NCBI GenBank assembly: GCA_913043225.1
Contig: CAJWLU010000004.1
Coordinates: 67,243-131,242, forward strand
DNA length: 64,000 nt
From: an uncultured Acidobacteriota bacterium
Lineage (GTDB): Bacteria; Acidobacteriota; Vicinamibacteria; Vicinamibacterales; UBA8438
Reading direction: 5' to 3'
Position numbers and translations under genes: made by a program. This document shows positions 39,229-49,483 of the stretch, piece after piece. Each line of letters opens with the position of its first letter. Within the stretch, counting starts at the first letter, position 1. The notes under the pieces were generated by a model, which did no database searches, was not told the DNA's origin, and saw nothing but the letters and a program-made list of their open reading frames with translations.

Positions 39229-40178
39229 CCCTCGTTCGCGGAAAAGTATTCCAACGCCTGCTGCGCCGCCTGCTGTTCCGACTCCTTCTTGCTCCGGCCA
39301 TCCCCCTTGCCGAGCTTCCGCTCTCCCGCGACCACCTCGGACGTGAACACTCTTCGGTGCGGAGGACCCGCCTCTCCGACCAGCCGATAGCGGGGCAAGC
39401 CGAGTTCGCGCGCTTGCATCGATTCCTGTAGCGCCGACTTGTAATCGGTCTGCAGCCCCGCGGCTAATTCGCCTTGCCGCACGGCGTCTAGCGACTCTCG
39501 GAACCAGCGCTCGATGAACTGGTCCGCCGCCTTGATGCCACCATCTAGATAGACCGCGGCCACCACCGCCTCGAAGGTGTCGGCGATTAGGGAACGCTTC
39601 CGACGTCCGCCGGTTTTCTCCTCCCCGCGCCCCAGCAGCAGATGCTCGCCCAGGCCGACCTGTTCACCGATACGGGCCAACGCCGTGGTAGATACCAGCA
39701 TTGCCTTCGCCTTGGACTTCTGGCCTTCGTTCCATTCCGGACATTCTCTGAAAAGGCGATCCGCAATGATGAGCCCCAGCACGGCATCCCCCAGAAACTC
39801 CAGCGACTCGTTGTCCCGCACCCCTCCGCTCGCGTCTTCGTGCGCCCGGGAACGATGGGTCAGTGCGTGCTCTAGCAGCCCCGGATCCGAGAAGCGGTAG
39901 GCGATGGCACCCTCCACCGAGCGAAACTCGTCACGGATACTGGTGAGTTCCAGCGAGACCTCGGGCCGAAATTCCTCGATGAGCTCGCGAGCGCGATCGG
40001 CCTCCTCTGAGCGAACGGCCAGGCTCGCCCCGCTCAGGCCACCAAGCGGGAAAATCGTCTGGGGCGCATCGATCGACGTAATCGCCTCGATCCCGCGAGT
40101 CCGCAGCAAGCCCCGAACAACATCTGCCTCAATCGCCGACTGGGTCTGGAACACGACCACAATCTTGGACGTGGTCAC
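39225..40178 (-). CDS. rnc: Ribonuclease III with an ~85-aa N-terminal DUF2007-like extension
   Basis: RNase III signature ESLEFLGDAVLG plus a C-terminal dsRBD. The GTG start at 40178 overlaps the upstream TGA (GTGA). The N-terminus KIVVVFQTQSAIEADVVRGLLRTRGIEA...VRSEEADRARELIEE looks like DUF2007. Confidence 0.9.
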   Translation of the reverse strand: MTTSKIVVVFQTQSAIEADVVRGLLRTRGIEAITSIDAPQTIFPLGGLSGASLAVRSEEADRARELIEEFRPEVSLELTSIRDEFRSVEGAIAYRFSDPGLLEHALTHRSRAHEDASGGVRDNESLEFLGDAVLGLIIADRLFRECPEWNEGQKSKAKAMLVSTTALARIGEQVGLGEHLLLGRGEEKTGGRRKRSLIADTFEAVVAAVYLDGGIKAADQFIERWFRESLDAVRQGELAAGLQTDYKSALQESMQARELGLPRYRLVGEAGPPHRRVFTSEVVAGERKLGKGDGRSKKESEQQAAQQALEYFSANEG

Positions 40179-42286
40179 GCTGTCGCGCCCCCAAGGGCGT
40201 CGACTCGCAGCAGAACGATGGTGATGTCGTCGTGCTGGTCCGCCCCTCCAGCGAACGCATCGACTGCGCCGAGAATACGCTCGCGCAGATCCTCGGATGA
40301 CAGTTGCGCATGCTCTGCAAGCAGACGACCGAGCCGCTCCTCGCCGAAGAGATCCAGGTCTTCGTTCATCGCCTCGGTGATTCCGTCGGTGAAGAGCGCA
40401 AAGAGATCGCCTTGGGCGATCTGAACCGTGCACTCCTCGAGCAGCTCGGCGAACCGCGTCTCGATGCCCTCGAGCTGCAATCCCACCACAAGTCCACTAG
40501 GTACCAAGACCTGTGCTTGGCCCCGAAGCGGTCCCTGTGATGAGACATGCATCAACGGGGTGTGGCCCGCACGAACGTAGGTAAGCGTCCGGGCCCGGAG
40601 GTCGACCACGGCATAGGTCATGGTAATGAAGGTTCGGTTATCGAGTTCCGTCGAGAGAATCCGATTGACCTCGATCAGGAGGCGTTTAGGGCTGTCGTAG
40701 ACCTGCCCTAAGGACAGGATCAATCCCTTCAGCTCGGCCATGTAGAGCGCCGCCGATGTCCCTTTCCCGGACACGTCGGCCACCAGAACCCCGAGTCTGT
40801 GCTGGTCGAGGGCGACGAAATCGTAGTAGTCCCCGCCCACCTCGCGCGCCGGCCGGCACAGCGCAGTGACAGCCAACCCGGGCAGACTCACCGGTGCGTC
40901 TGGGAGCAACGACATCTGGATCTCGCGAGCGATACGCAACTCCTCCTCGAGCCGGCGCTTTTCTTCTGCCTCTTGCAGTAAATCTGCGATGCTCCCGGTC
41001 ATGGCATTGAACGACTTGGCCAACTCGCCTAGCTGGTCACGTGTCGCGACCTGGATTCGATGATCGAGGTCCCCCTGCCGAACTCGCTCGGTTCCCGTGA
41101 ACAGCTCATGTACCGCCCCCGTAATGGATTTCGCCAGCGCGAACCCCATCACAAGGGCGACCGCCTCGATAGTGAGAAACATCGCGCCGATCGCCATCAG
41201 CACGAACAGCAATGCGCCCGCGTAGCTAGAATTTCCACCCTGCACCACCTGGCGGTAGAACACCACCGGTTGAACCAGGAACGACACCGCACCGCTGACA
41301 TGTTCGCCGGTACTCCACTCGAGCAGGTCCAGGAACGCTATAGACGGCAACCCCGAGGTCAATGAAGATTCAGTCGGCGCCGATCTGAATTGCACGTCCG
41401 GCATCTCGGCCGCGTCGGGGACGCCCGCGGACACCGGCGACCCACCGATCGTGAGCAGTTCGACCCCGGTCGCTCGCTCCATGCGAGTCAGCACCGTGTC
41501 CGACACCGGCAGATCCGCAATGACCAGGAAGCGACGCCCATCTAGCATGAGAGGAGCCGTCCCGCGTGCGGTCACCCGGCGCCCCTGCGGCGTATCCACA
41601 ATTACGAGCCCTTGAGTCAAATCGGTGACCCAGTTAGCCACAGGATCCATAGGCCACGCCCCGACCCCTGCCTGGAGCCTGGTTTCCGCGACGGACGGGT
41701 CGAGACCACGCACCGTGATCCCAGCCTCCGGATAGCGTTCGCTAAGCGTCGACACGCGCTGCTCGAGCAGCGCACTCGCCATCAACGGCCTGTCGTGAGC
41801 ACCAAGCTCGATCGACGTAGCCCGGACGAAACCACCGACGTCATCGATGACATCTTCGAAGCTGAGCTGGACTAGGAGCGAGGTGACCGTGGACAGCAGG
41901 AGGGTACCCGCAAGCAGGAAGAAGGAGACCAGCAGAAGAATCGGGACGAACCCAATAAGGAGGTACGAGAGGACCAGTTTCCGACGGACTCGCCACAGCA
42001 CCCTTCGCTGAAGCAGCGCCACGACCCTGAGCAAGAACACGCCGAAAGCTATGACCAGGATGATCGTCGCGGCGGAGTCGACTACACGCAGCCACCTCGG
42101 CGCTGAATCACCGAAGAGCGAGACGGTCAATTTGGCCAGTACCGCGACGGCCGTCGAGCGACCGAGCCAAGACCTTAGGGCGGTGCGCAGAAGCGCCCCC
42201 AGGCCATCGGAGGTCCCGGGACGCCCGTGTTTCTGCCCCACGACCGGCAGTACCGGTAGCGAGTCGGGCGAAGACGATTCAGCCAT
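40175..42286 (-). CDS. Membrane sensor HAMP-PP2C (SpoIIE/RsbU-type) serine phosphatase
   Basis: 703 aa. TM segments flank an extracytoplasmic region. HAMP (LGELAKSFNAMTGSI), PP2C (GGDYYDF, DVSGKGTSAALYMA, FTDGITEA). Confidence 0.85.
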   Translation of the reverse strand: MAESSSPDSLPVLPVVGQKHGRPGTSDGLGALLRTALRSWLGRSTAVAVLAKLTVSLFGDSAPRWLRVVDSAATIILVIAFGVFLLRVVALLQRRVLWRVRRKLVLSYLLIGFVPILLLVSFFLLAGTLLLSTVTSLLVQLSFEDVIDDVGGFVRATSIELGAHDRPLMASALLEQRVSTLSERYPEAGITVRGLDPSVAETRLQAGVGAWPMDPVANWVTDLTQGLVIVDTPQGRRVTARGTAPLMLDGRRFLVIADLPVSDTVLTRMERATGVELLTIGGSPVSAGVPDAAEMPDVQFRSAPTESSLTSGLPSIAFLDLLEWSTGEHVSGAVSFLVQPVVFYRQVVQGGNSSYAGALLFVLMAIGAMFLTIEAVALVMGFALAKSITGAVHELFTGTERVRQGDLDHRIQVATRDQLGELAKSFNAMTGSIADLLQEAEEKRRLEEELRIAREIQMSLLPDAPVSLPGLAVTALCRPAREVGGDYYDFVALDQHRLGVLVADVSGKGTSAALYMAELKGLILSLGQVYDSPKRLLIEVNRILSTELDNRTFITMTYAVVDLRARTLTYVRAGHTPLMHVSSQGPLRGQAQVLVPSGLVVGLQLEGIETRFAELLEECTVQIAQGDLFALFTDGITEAMNEDLDLFGEERLGRLLAEHAQLSSEDLRERILGAVDAFAGGADQHDDITIVLLRVDALGGATA

Positions 42287-42304
42287 GAGGATCAGGCGCC
42301 CTGT

Positions 42305-42661
42305 TCAGGAATCCGCCGTGGGAGAAGTATCCAGCTCGACGGCACCCTCGATCCAGTCGAGATAGCGCTCATCTCCCCCGATCACCGGCACTACCAGAAA
42401 CTCCGGTGTGTCGTAGGGATGCAGATCATTCACCATCAGACGCAGCGCCTCTAGCCGCACCGCCTGGGTCTTGATCAGCAGCTGGCGCTCACGCCCTCGC
42501 TCAACGCGCCCGTCCCATCGATAGAACGAGTCCATCTGCGGTAGCGCGCTGACACAGGCCGCGACTCGGGCCTCGAGCAGTGCCCGAGCGAACGCCTGCA
42601 CGTCGGCTTCGCCTGGCCAAGTCACGAGCACAACGATGGCCTTCGTAGTCATTCCGTCCAC
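42305..42661 (-). CDS. cutA: Divalent-cation tolerance protein CutA
   Basis: 118 aa. AACVS..P...S.YRW.G.V......LLIKT, HPYD.PE. Confidence 0.85.
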   Translation of the reverse strand: MDGMTTKAIVVLVTWPGEADVQAFARALLEARVAACVSALPQMDSFYRWDGRVERGRERQLLIKTQAVRLEALRLMVNDLHPYDTPEFLVVPVIGGDERYLDWIEGAVELDTSPTADS

Positions 42662-42703
42662 AGCCCTAATCTTGTTCTCGTCTCGGTCCGAAACTACGCA
42701 TAC

Positions 42704-43135
42704 ATGCCGCGACGCGCTCAGTCCTCCTCGTCCCCGGCGCGGTCCTCAGCGACTCGCCCGCGGGCGCCGCGTCAGCCCACACTGCCGCTACGGCCGGCGC
42801 GTACGGGCGCGACCAAGGTGCGCCCAGCCAACGCGCCACCTTCGCTCGGGCAGCAGGCGTTGCGTTGGGTGGCCGCACTCGGCGCAGCGGTACTTATCGC
42901 GAACGCCTTAATCGGGGAACGCGGGTGGCTGGCAACCTCGCGCGCGCGGCAGGCCCAACGAGACCTGGCCAACGACATCGCGCAGCTGCAGCACCAGAAC
43001 TGGATGCTGGTCAACGAAGCACGACGCCTACGCGACGATCCCACCGCCATCGAGGAACTTGCGCGCAGCGAGCTGGGGCTCATCCGTCGTGGAGAACGCG
43101 TGTTCATCTTCACCGACCGCTCCGGCGTTCGCTGA
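42704..43135 (+). CDS. ftsB: Septum formation initiator (FtsB/DivIC family) with an Arg/Pro-rich N-terminal extension
   Basis: TM, then coiled-coil, then DPTAIEELARSELGLIRRGERVFIF. Confidence 0.65.
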   Translation: MPRRAQSSSSPARSSATRPRAPRQPTLPLRPARTGATKVRPANAPPSLGQQALRWVAALGAAVLIANALIGERGWLATSRARQAQRDLANDIAQLQHQNWMLVNEARRLRDDPTAIEELARSELGLIRRGERVFIFTDRSGVR

Positions 43136-43152
43136 GCATCCGTGGACGGTCG

Positions 43153-43181
43153 TTGACCGCGTCCTGGGAGCATGGTACCAT
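43153..43181 (+). promoter_or_regulatory. Sigma70-like promoter for tRNA-fMet
   Basis: TTGACC(43153-43158)-N17-TACCAT(43176-43181), about 30 nt before the tRNA 5' end. Confidence 0.45.
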
Positions 43182-43211
43182 GCCTCAACGCTTGTGTTAT
43201 CAGGCACTTGA

Positions 43212-43288
<77 letters not shown>

Positions 43289-43312
43289 CATTTCCGCAGA
43301 ACACCGACCCAA

Positions 43313-43339
43313 GGGGTGACAAAGAGTCACCCTTTTTTT
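43313..43339 (+). terminator. Rho-independent terminator after tRNA-fMet
   Basis: GGGTGAC-AAAGA-GTCACCC, followed by T7 (43333-43339). Confidence 0.8.
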
Positions 43340-43377
43340 CGTGACGGTTCCTCTCACCCTTAACCCGGAGAGTCTCC

Positions 43378-45180
43378 ATGACCGTTCTCCCTCAACAGCA
43401 CGGCGCCAGCTTTCTGCTTGAAACAGTCGGCCCCGAGGATGTCGTCTGCCCCGAGGACATGGGCGACACCGAACGCCTGCTCGTCCAATCCATCAAGGAG
43501 TTCGCAGAGCAGGAGGTATCGCCGCTACTCGACGAGGTCGATGCGCGGAACATCGACGTGATCCGCCCGCTGTTCAAAAAGGCAGCCGAGTTAGGCATCT
43601 TCGCGGCCGAGGTGCCAGAGGCCTTCGGCGGACTTGGCCTTAGCGTCCTTGCGATGGCTGGCATGAGCGAGTGCCGGTCCTATCTGGGCGGCTTGTCATC
43701 GACGGTTTTCGCCCACCAGGGCATCGGAACCCTTCCGCTGATCAACTTCGGCACCAAGGACCAAATAGACCGCTATCTCGAGGGTTGCATGACCGGCGAG
43801 CTAATGGCCGCCTTCGCCCTGACCGAACCAGCCTCTGGCTCGGACGCGATGAACATCACTACCAGCGCGGTGCTCAACGCAGAAGGGACGCACTACATCG
43901 TTAACGGATCCAAGCAGTGGATCACCAATGCGGGCTGGGCCGACCTGTTCATCCTCTTCGCTAAAGTCGACGGCACGGCTTTCTCGGCTTTTCTCCTCGA
44001 ACGGGACAGCCCGGGACTCTCGGTCGGAGGACACGAGAAGCTCCTTGGCCTGCAGGGCTCTTCCGTGTGCGCCCTGCAGCTCGACGACGTCGCTATCCCG
44101 GTAGGCAACCTGCTTGGCGATGTAGGCAAAGGCCACAAGGTGGCCATGTGCACGCTCAACCTGGGCCGCATGAAGATGTCAGCCAACTGCGCGGGCACCT
44201 CGAAAAAGATCCTCGCGACAACCACGCAGTACGCCACGGAACGGCGGCAGTTCGGCCAGCCGATCGCGGACTTCGGGCTGATTAAGCGCAAGCTGGCCGA
44301 CATGGCCGCTCGCGCCTACAGCGCAGAATCGGTCGCCTATCGCACGGCGGGCCTAGTCTACACGGCAGCCGAATCGGCACAGTCGGACGACGACAACGCG
44401 CTTGACCTTAAGCTCAAAACCCTGGCCGAATTTTCGATGGAATGCGCAATGGCCAAGGTCATCGGGTCGGAGACCTACAGCGAATTAGCAGACGAGGCGT
44501 TGCAGGTGTATGGCGGAAACGGCTACAGCGAGGAGTACCCCGCCGCCAGATGGTATCGCGACTCCCGTATCACCCGCATTTACGAAGGCACGAGCGAAAT
44601 CTGCCGGCTGAGCATCGCAAAGACGATGTTGAAACGTACCGAGCGTGGGCTCCTGCCGTGGCGTGAGACGGTCAGCAGGTTTGGGTCGTTCAGGTCGGTC
44701 AGCATGCCCACCACTGCCACGGCCACTCGGACCCTGGAGTCGATGGAGGCACATCTACCAGGTTTCAAACAGATCTTCTTCTTCACGCTAGGGCAAGTCT
44801 GGGAGAACCTGGAGAGCGAGGTGCTGCTGGCCCCCGCGAATCAGCAGTATCTCTCGAGCCTGGCGGACATCGCGATCGAGACCTATCGAGCCGAAAGCAC
44901 AGTTCTCCGGGTGCTGAAGCTAGCTGGCTCACGCTCAACCGACGTGACGCTCCAGACCGCGCTCGCCAGCCTGACATTACATTCGGCCGCCGACCGCATT
45001 CAGCGGGAGGTAACAGAGGTAATCACGGCGCTGTCTGACGACTCTCCATTGGACGCGAGCCAATCTCTCGAGGACGCCCTGACCTGGGTGCGAAGGACGC
45101 TCCCCACCCCAGAGGGTCTCATTCAAACCCGGGCCCTGGTCGCCCAGGAATTGGTCACGCGCAACGGCGCCCTACCCTAG
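43378..45180 (+). CDS. Long-form acyl-CoA dehydrogenase
   Basis: 600 aa. ALTEPASGSDA, the catalytic-base region YEGTSEI, and a C-terminal helical extension. Confidence 0.9.
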   Translation: MTVLPQQHGASFLLETVGPEDVVCPEDMGDTERLLVQSIKEFAEQEVSPLLDEVDARNIDVIRPLFKKAAELGIFAAEVPEAFGGLGLSVLAMAGMSECRSYLGGLSSTVFAHQGIGTLPLINFGTKDQIDRYLEGCMTGELMAAFALTEPASGSDAMNITTSAVLNAEGTHYIVNGSKQWITNAGWADLFILFAKVDGTAFSAFLLERDSPGLSVGGHEKLLGLQGSSVCALQLDDVAIPVGNLLGDVGKGHKVAMCTLNLGRMKMSANCAGTSKKILATTTQYATERRQFGQPIADFGLIKRKLADMAARAYSAESVAYRTAGLVYTAAESAQSDDDNALDLKLKTLAEFSMECAMAKVIGSETYSELADEALQVYGGNGYSEEYPAARWYRDSRITRIYEGTSEICRLSIAKTMLKRTERGLLPWRETVSRFGSFRSVSMPTTATATRTLESMEAHLPGFKQIFFFTLGQVWENLESEVLLAPANQQYLSSLADIAIETYRAESTVLRVLKLAGSRSTDVTLQTALASLTLHSAADRIQREVTEVITALSDDSPLDASQSLEDALTWVRRTLPTPEGLIQTRALVAQELVTRNGALP

Positions 45181-45236
45181 TGATTCCCTGGAGGCTTTGG
45201 CCCAAAGCCCACGTGGGACTCCTTCGGCTCGATAGC

Positions 45237-45251
45237 TGGCAATTGGTTGGC
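45237..45251 (+). promoter_or_regulatory. Weak sigma54-type -24/-12 candidate upstream of glnK-amtB
   Basis: TGGCAATTGGTTGGC. The GG-N10-GC spacing is satisfied, but -12 reads TGGC rather than TTGC. It lies ~190 nt upstream of glnK. Confidence 0.2.
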
Positions 45252-45333
45252 GGTCCCGTGACAAATGTCAGGGCTGCGCCATGCAGCCTCACGACTCACT
45301 CCCTTCGACAACTGCTCTGCCGCTGCTGTATAG

Positions 45334-45777
<444 letters not shown>

Positions 45778-45814
45778 CAGCACAGCGCTCCAGCAGAGGG
45801 GGAAGGAGACAATT

Positions 45815-47119
45815 ATGAGGCTAACACGGACCACCGGCGTGCCACTCTTCACCGCGGCCTTACTGTTCGGCGCACCATCGCTCGCCGCCGCCCAGGATGA
45901 ACTTAGCTCTGGCGACACCGCCTGGATGCTGACCTCCAGCGTGCTCGTACTGTTCATGACCATCCCAGGGCTATCACTCTTCTACGCGGGACTGGTCCGC
46001 ACCAAGAACGTGCTGTCGGTGATGATGCAGTGCTTCGCCATTACTTGCATGGTCACCATTCTGTGGACAGCCTACGTCTACGGACTGGCGTTCGGCGACG
46101 GCGGCAGCCTGAACAGCTTCATCGGTATGGGTAAATTCTTCCTGTCCGGAGTCGAGGTGGACACGGTATCTGGCACGATTCCCGAATCCGTGTTCCAGAT
46201 GTTCCAGTTAACCTTCGCGATCATCACCCCGGCCCTGATCGTCGGCGCGTTCGCCGAGCGGATGAAGTTCTCCGCAATGATGGTGTTTATGGCGCTGTGG
46301 GTCAGCGTAGTCTACGCACCGGTCGCCCACTGGGTTTGGGGCGGCGGCTTCCTTGCCGACTTGGGTCCCAACGGCGTCCTGGACTTCGCGGGCGGCACCG
46401 TCGTCCACATCAATGCTGGCATCGCAGCGCTCGTCCTTTGCATCATGCTGGGAAAACGACACGGGTACCCTGATGCCCCGATGTCCCCCAACAGTCTGGT
46501 GCTGACTGTAGTTGGCGCGTCGATGCTCTGGGTCGGCTGGTTTGGATTCAATGCCGGCAGTCAGCTCGCTGCCGACGGGGCGGCTGGGATGGCCATGGCG
46601 GTCACCCACATCTCCACTGCGATGGCCGGCTTCACCTGGATGATGATGGAGTGGGCCGGCCGCGGGAAACCGAGCGCTCTGGGTATCGCGACCGGGGCGG
46701 TCGCCGGCCTAGTCGCCATCACTCCCGCATCCGGCTTCGTAGGCCCGATCGGGGCCTTGGCTATCGGCCTGGCCTCAGGCATTCTCTGCTACTGGGGCGC
46801 CAACAGCCTTAAGCAGCGGCTCGGCTACGACGACTCGCTCGACGTGTTCGGCGTCCACGGCATCGGGGGCATCGTGGGGGCGATTCTGACCGGCGTGTTT
46901 GCATCGAGCGCGCTTGGTGGATCAATAGCCGACCTGAACATCGCCAACCAGGTCTTCTGGCAGACAGTCGGCGTGATCGTCACGTTGGCGTACTCCGGAA
47001 TCCTGACGGCCATCCTGGTCAAGATTGTCGACGCGACGATCGGGATACGGGTCACCGCCGAGGAGGAAAGCACGGGCCTCGATATCGCGCTCCACAACGA
47101 GCGCGGCTTCAACCTGTAG
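45815..47119 (+). CDS. amtB: Ammonium transporter
   Basis: ATG at 45815 after SD GGAAGGAG. Signal peptide. DTAWML.., DFAGGTVVHINAG, LDVFGVHGIGG. Confidence 0.95.
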   Translation: MRLTRTTGVPLFTAALLFGAPSLAAAQDELSSGDTAWMLTSSVLVLFMTIPGLSLFYAGLVRTKNVLSVMMQCFAITCMVTILWTAYVYGLAFGDGGSLNSFIGMGKFFLSGVEVDTVSGTIPESVFQMFQLTFAIITPALIVGAFAERMKFSAMMVFMALWVSVVYAPVAHWVWGGGFLADLGPNGVLDFAGGTVVHINAGIAALVLCIMLGKRHGYPDAPMSPNSLVLTVVGASMLWVGWFGFNAGSQLAADGAAGMAMAVTHISTAMAGFTWMMMEWAGRGKPSALGIATGAVAGLVAITPASGFVGPIGALAIGLASGILCYWGANSLKQRLGYDDSLDVFGVHGIGGIVGAILTGVFASSALGGSIADLNIANQVFWQTVGVIVTLAYSGILTAILVKIVDATIGIRVTAEEESTGLDIALHNERGFNL

Positions 47120-47158
47120 GCAGATGGGGCGCCGCGGCGACCGCGGCGCCCCATCTGC
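47120..47158. terminator. Perfect 18-bp-stem hairpin filling the whole gap between convergent stops (candidate bidirectional terminator, no U-tract)
   Basis: GCAGATGGGGCGCCGCGG-CGA-CCGCGGCGCCCCATCTGC. It is flanked by the amtB TAG (47117-47119) and the minus-strand TGA (47159-47161). Confidence 0.6.
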
Positions 47159-48235
47159 TCACCCGTCCAGGGCGGCGATCACGGCAGCGGTCATATCAGC
47201 CGTCGTCGCGTTACCTCCCAGATCGCCCGTTCGCACCGTCCCCGCTTCCAGCACCCGCTCCACCGCCTGGGCAACTGCCAGGGCGGCCTGAGCCTCCTTC
47301 AGGTGCTCGAGCATCATCACCCCAGTCAGGATTTGAGCGATCGGGTTCGCCACGCCCTGACCGGCAATGTCCGGGGCTGAGCCGTGGACCGGTTCGAACA
47401 TCGACGGCGCCGTGCGGTCTGGATTTAGGTTTGCGCCCGGAGCGAGACCTATCGACCCAGCGACGGCAGGTCCGAGATCCGACAGGATGTCACCAAAGAG
47501 ATTACTCCCCACGATCACGTCAAACCAGTCTGGGTGCTGCACGAGATGCGCCGCAAGGATGTCGATGTGATATTGGTCGGTCTCCACATCGGGGTACGAC
47601 GCGGCCATCGCCGCGAACCGCTCATCCCAAAACGGCATGGTGTGGATGATCCCGTTGGACTTAGTCGCGGAGGTCAGGTGCCGGTCCGGACGTGACTGCG
47701 CTAACTCAAAGGCATAGCGCAAGACCCGGTCCACCCCCTCTCGCGTGAACACTGACTGCTGCACAGCGAGCTCGGCGTCAGTGCCCTCGTAGAGCCGTCC
47801 TCCTATCTCGGAATACTCGCCCTCGTTGTTCTCTCGGACGATAACGAAGTCGATATCTGCCGGCCCACGGTCAGCCAGCGGCGTCCGCACTCCCGGGAAG
47901 AGCCGGACCGGCCGCAGGTTCACGTACTGCCCAAACTGGCGACGAATCGGGATCAATAGGCCCCATAGCGAGACGTGGTCAGGCACCCCAGGGTAGCCGA
48001 CCGCGCCTAAGAAGATCCCGTCGAACCGCCGCAGCTCCTCGACATCGGCGCCCCCAGTCATGCTGCCGGTGTCCGAGTATCGTTCGCAGGACCAATCGAA
48101 AAAGGCCCACTCGAAGCGCGCCCCGAATGACGCCCCCGCCGCGTCTAGCACTAACTGTGCCGCCGGGACCACTTCCTTCCCAATTCCATCTCCTGGAATC
48201 ACTGCAATCCGATGCGTCCGTTCCGCCATGTCCAT
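47159..48235 (-). CDS. Isocitrate/isopropylmalate dehydrogenase family, tartrate/D-malate dehydrogenase-like
   Basis: 358 aa. IAVIPGDGIGKEV, NLRPV, VRENNEGEYS, NLFGDILSDL. Confidence 0.8.
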   Translation of the reverse strand: MDMAERTHRIAVIPGDGIGKEVVPAAQLVLDAAGASFGARFEWAFFDWSCERYSDTGSMTGGADVEELRRFDGIFLGAVGYPGVPDHVSLWGLLIPIRRQFGQYVNLRPVRLFPGVRTPLADRGPADIDFVIVRENNEGEYSEIGGRLYEGTDAELAVQQSVFTREGVDRVLRYAFELAQSRPDRHLTSATKSNGIIHTMPFWDERFAAMAASYPDVETDQYHIDILAAHLVQHPDWFDVIVGSNLFGDILSDLGPAVAGSIGLAPGANLNPDRTAPSMFEPVHGSAPDIAGQGVANPIAQILTGVMMLEHLKEAQAALAVAQAVERVLEAGTVRTGDLGGNATTADMTAAVIAALDG

Positions 48236-48274
48236 ACTCCCACTGCCGATTCAGATCCGACGAACACGGCTGAA

Positions 48275-49471
48275 CTATCCAACCGCCCCTGTCTCGCGTA
48301 GCCCGACGATTTCCTCCTTCGTATAGCCTGTCTCAGTCAGCAACTCGTCGGTGTGTTGCCCCAAGGTCGGTCCAGGCCGTCCCGGCTGAAGGGGGGTGTC
48401 GGAGAGCTTCACCGGCGTCCCCAGCGTGTCGATTCGCCCCAAGGTCGGATGATCCGTCTCCACGACGAGCTCTCGAGCACGCACATGCGGATCGGCCATC
48501 ACCTCCGCGTAGTCGTTGATCGGCCCACACGGCACCTTGTGCCGCTCCAGAATCTCGAGCCAGTGACGTCGGTCGTGCGTAACCATGACCGCCGAGATTC
48601 GCTCCGCCAGGTCCTCTCGGTGGCGCACCCGCTCCGCATTGTCGGCGAACTCAGGAACAGAAGCCCACTCCCGATGTCCAAGCGCGTCACAGAGCCGCTC
48701 GAAGCTCCGGTCGTTGGCGGCCCCGATCGTCATATAGCCATCGGCGCACCGGATCGCCTCATAGGGCGCGTTCATCCGATGCGCCGATCCTAGAGGCTCC
48801 GGAACCCCACGGCCCGAGAAGTACTGGGTCGCCTCCCACACCGAAAGCGCTACACCGGCGTCGACCAACGAAGTATCTACCCGTTGGCCCCGGCCGGTCC
48901 GGTCGCGTGCGAGCAACGCCGCGAGGATTCCGGTAACAGCGAACAACCCCGCGCCTAGGTCGGTGATGGGCACGCCGACCTTCACCGGCGGCTGTCCAGC
49001 TTCGCCGGTGACCGACATTAGGCCGGACACCCCCTGGGCCACCAGATCAAAGCCACCTTTGGCGGCGTCCGGTCCGGTCTGCCCGTAGCCCGAGACAGAG
49101 GCATAAACCAGCTCCGGATGGCTCGCGCAAAGCTCCTCATACCCAAGGCCGCGCTTTGCCAGAGTGCCAGGCCTGTAGTTCTCGACGAGTACATCGGCCT
49201 TCGTGACGAGACGTCGCACGACACCGATCCCGCCGGGGTGCTTAAGATCGATGACAATGCCGCGCTTTCCCCGGTTCACCGCATTGAAGCTGGGGCTATC
49301 GCTCCCAATCGCCCCAGGCATACCGCGGGTAGAATCCCCGCCGGGCGGCTCGACCTTGATTACATCGGCGCCCATGTCGCACAGTAACATTGCGCAGAAG
49401 GGACCGGCCATGACCTGAGTCAGGTCGATCACGCGTACCCCGTCAAGTGGTTTCGCCATCGTATCGTTCAC
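48275..49471 (-). CDS. Family III CoA-transferase (CaiB/BaiF)
   Basis: PLDGVRVIDLTQVMAGPFCAMLLCDMGADVIKVEPP. Confidence 0.9.
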   Translation of the reverse strand: MNDTMAKPLDGVRVIDLTQVMAGPFCAMLLCDMGADVIKVEPPGGDSTRGMPGAIGSDSPSFNAVNRGKRGIVIDLKHPGGIGVVRRLVTKADVLVENYRPGTLAKRGLGYEELCASHPELVYASVSGYGQTGPDAAKGGFDLVAQGVSGLMSVTGEAGQPPVKVGVPITDLGAGLFAVTGILAALLARDRTGRGQRVDTSLVDAGVALSVWEATQYFSGRGVPEPLGSAHRMNAPYEAIRCADGYMTIGAANDRSFERLCDALGHREWASVPEFADNAERVRHREDLAERISAVMVTHDRRHWLEILERHKVPCGPINDYAEVMADPHVRARELVVETDHPTLGRIDTLGTPVKLSDTPLQPGRPGPTLGQHTDELLTETGYTKEEIVGLRETGAVG

Positions 49472-49483
49472 CTACGCCCCCGG

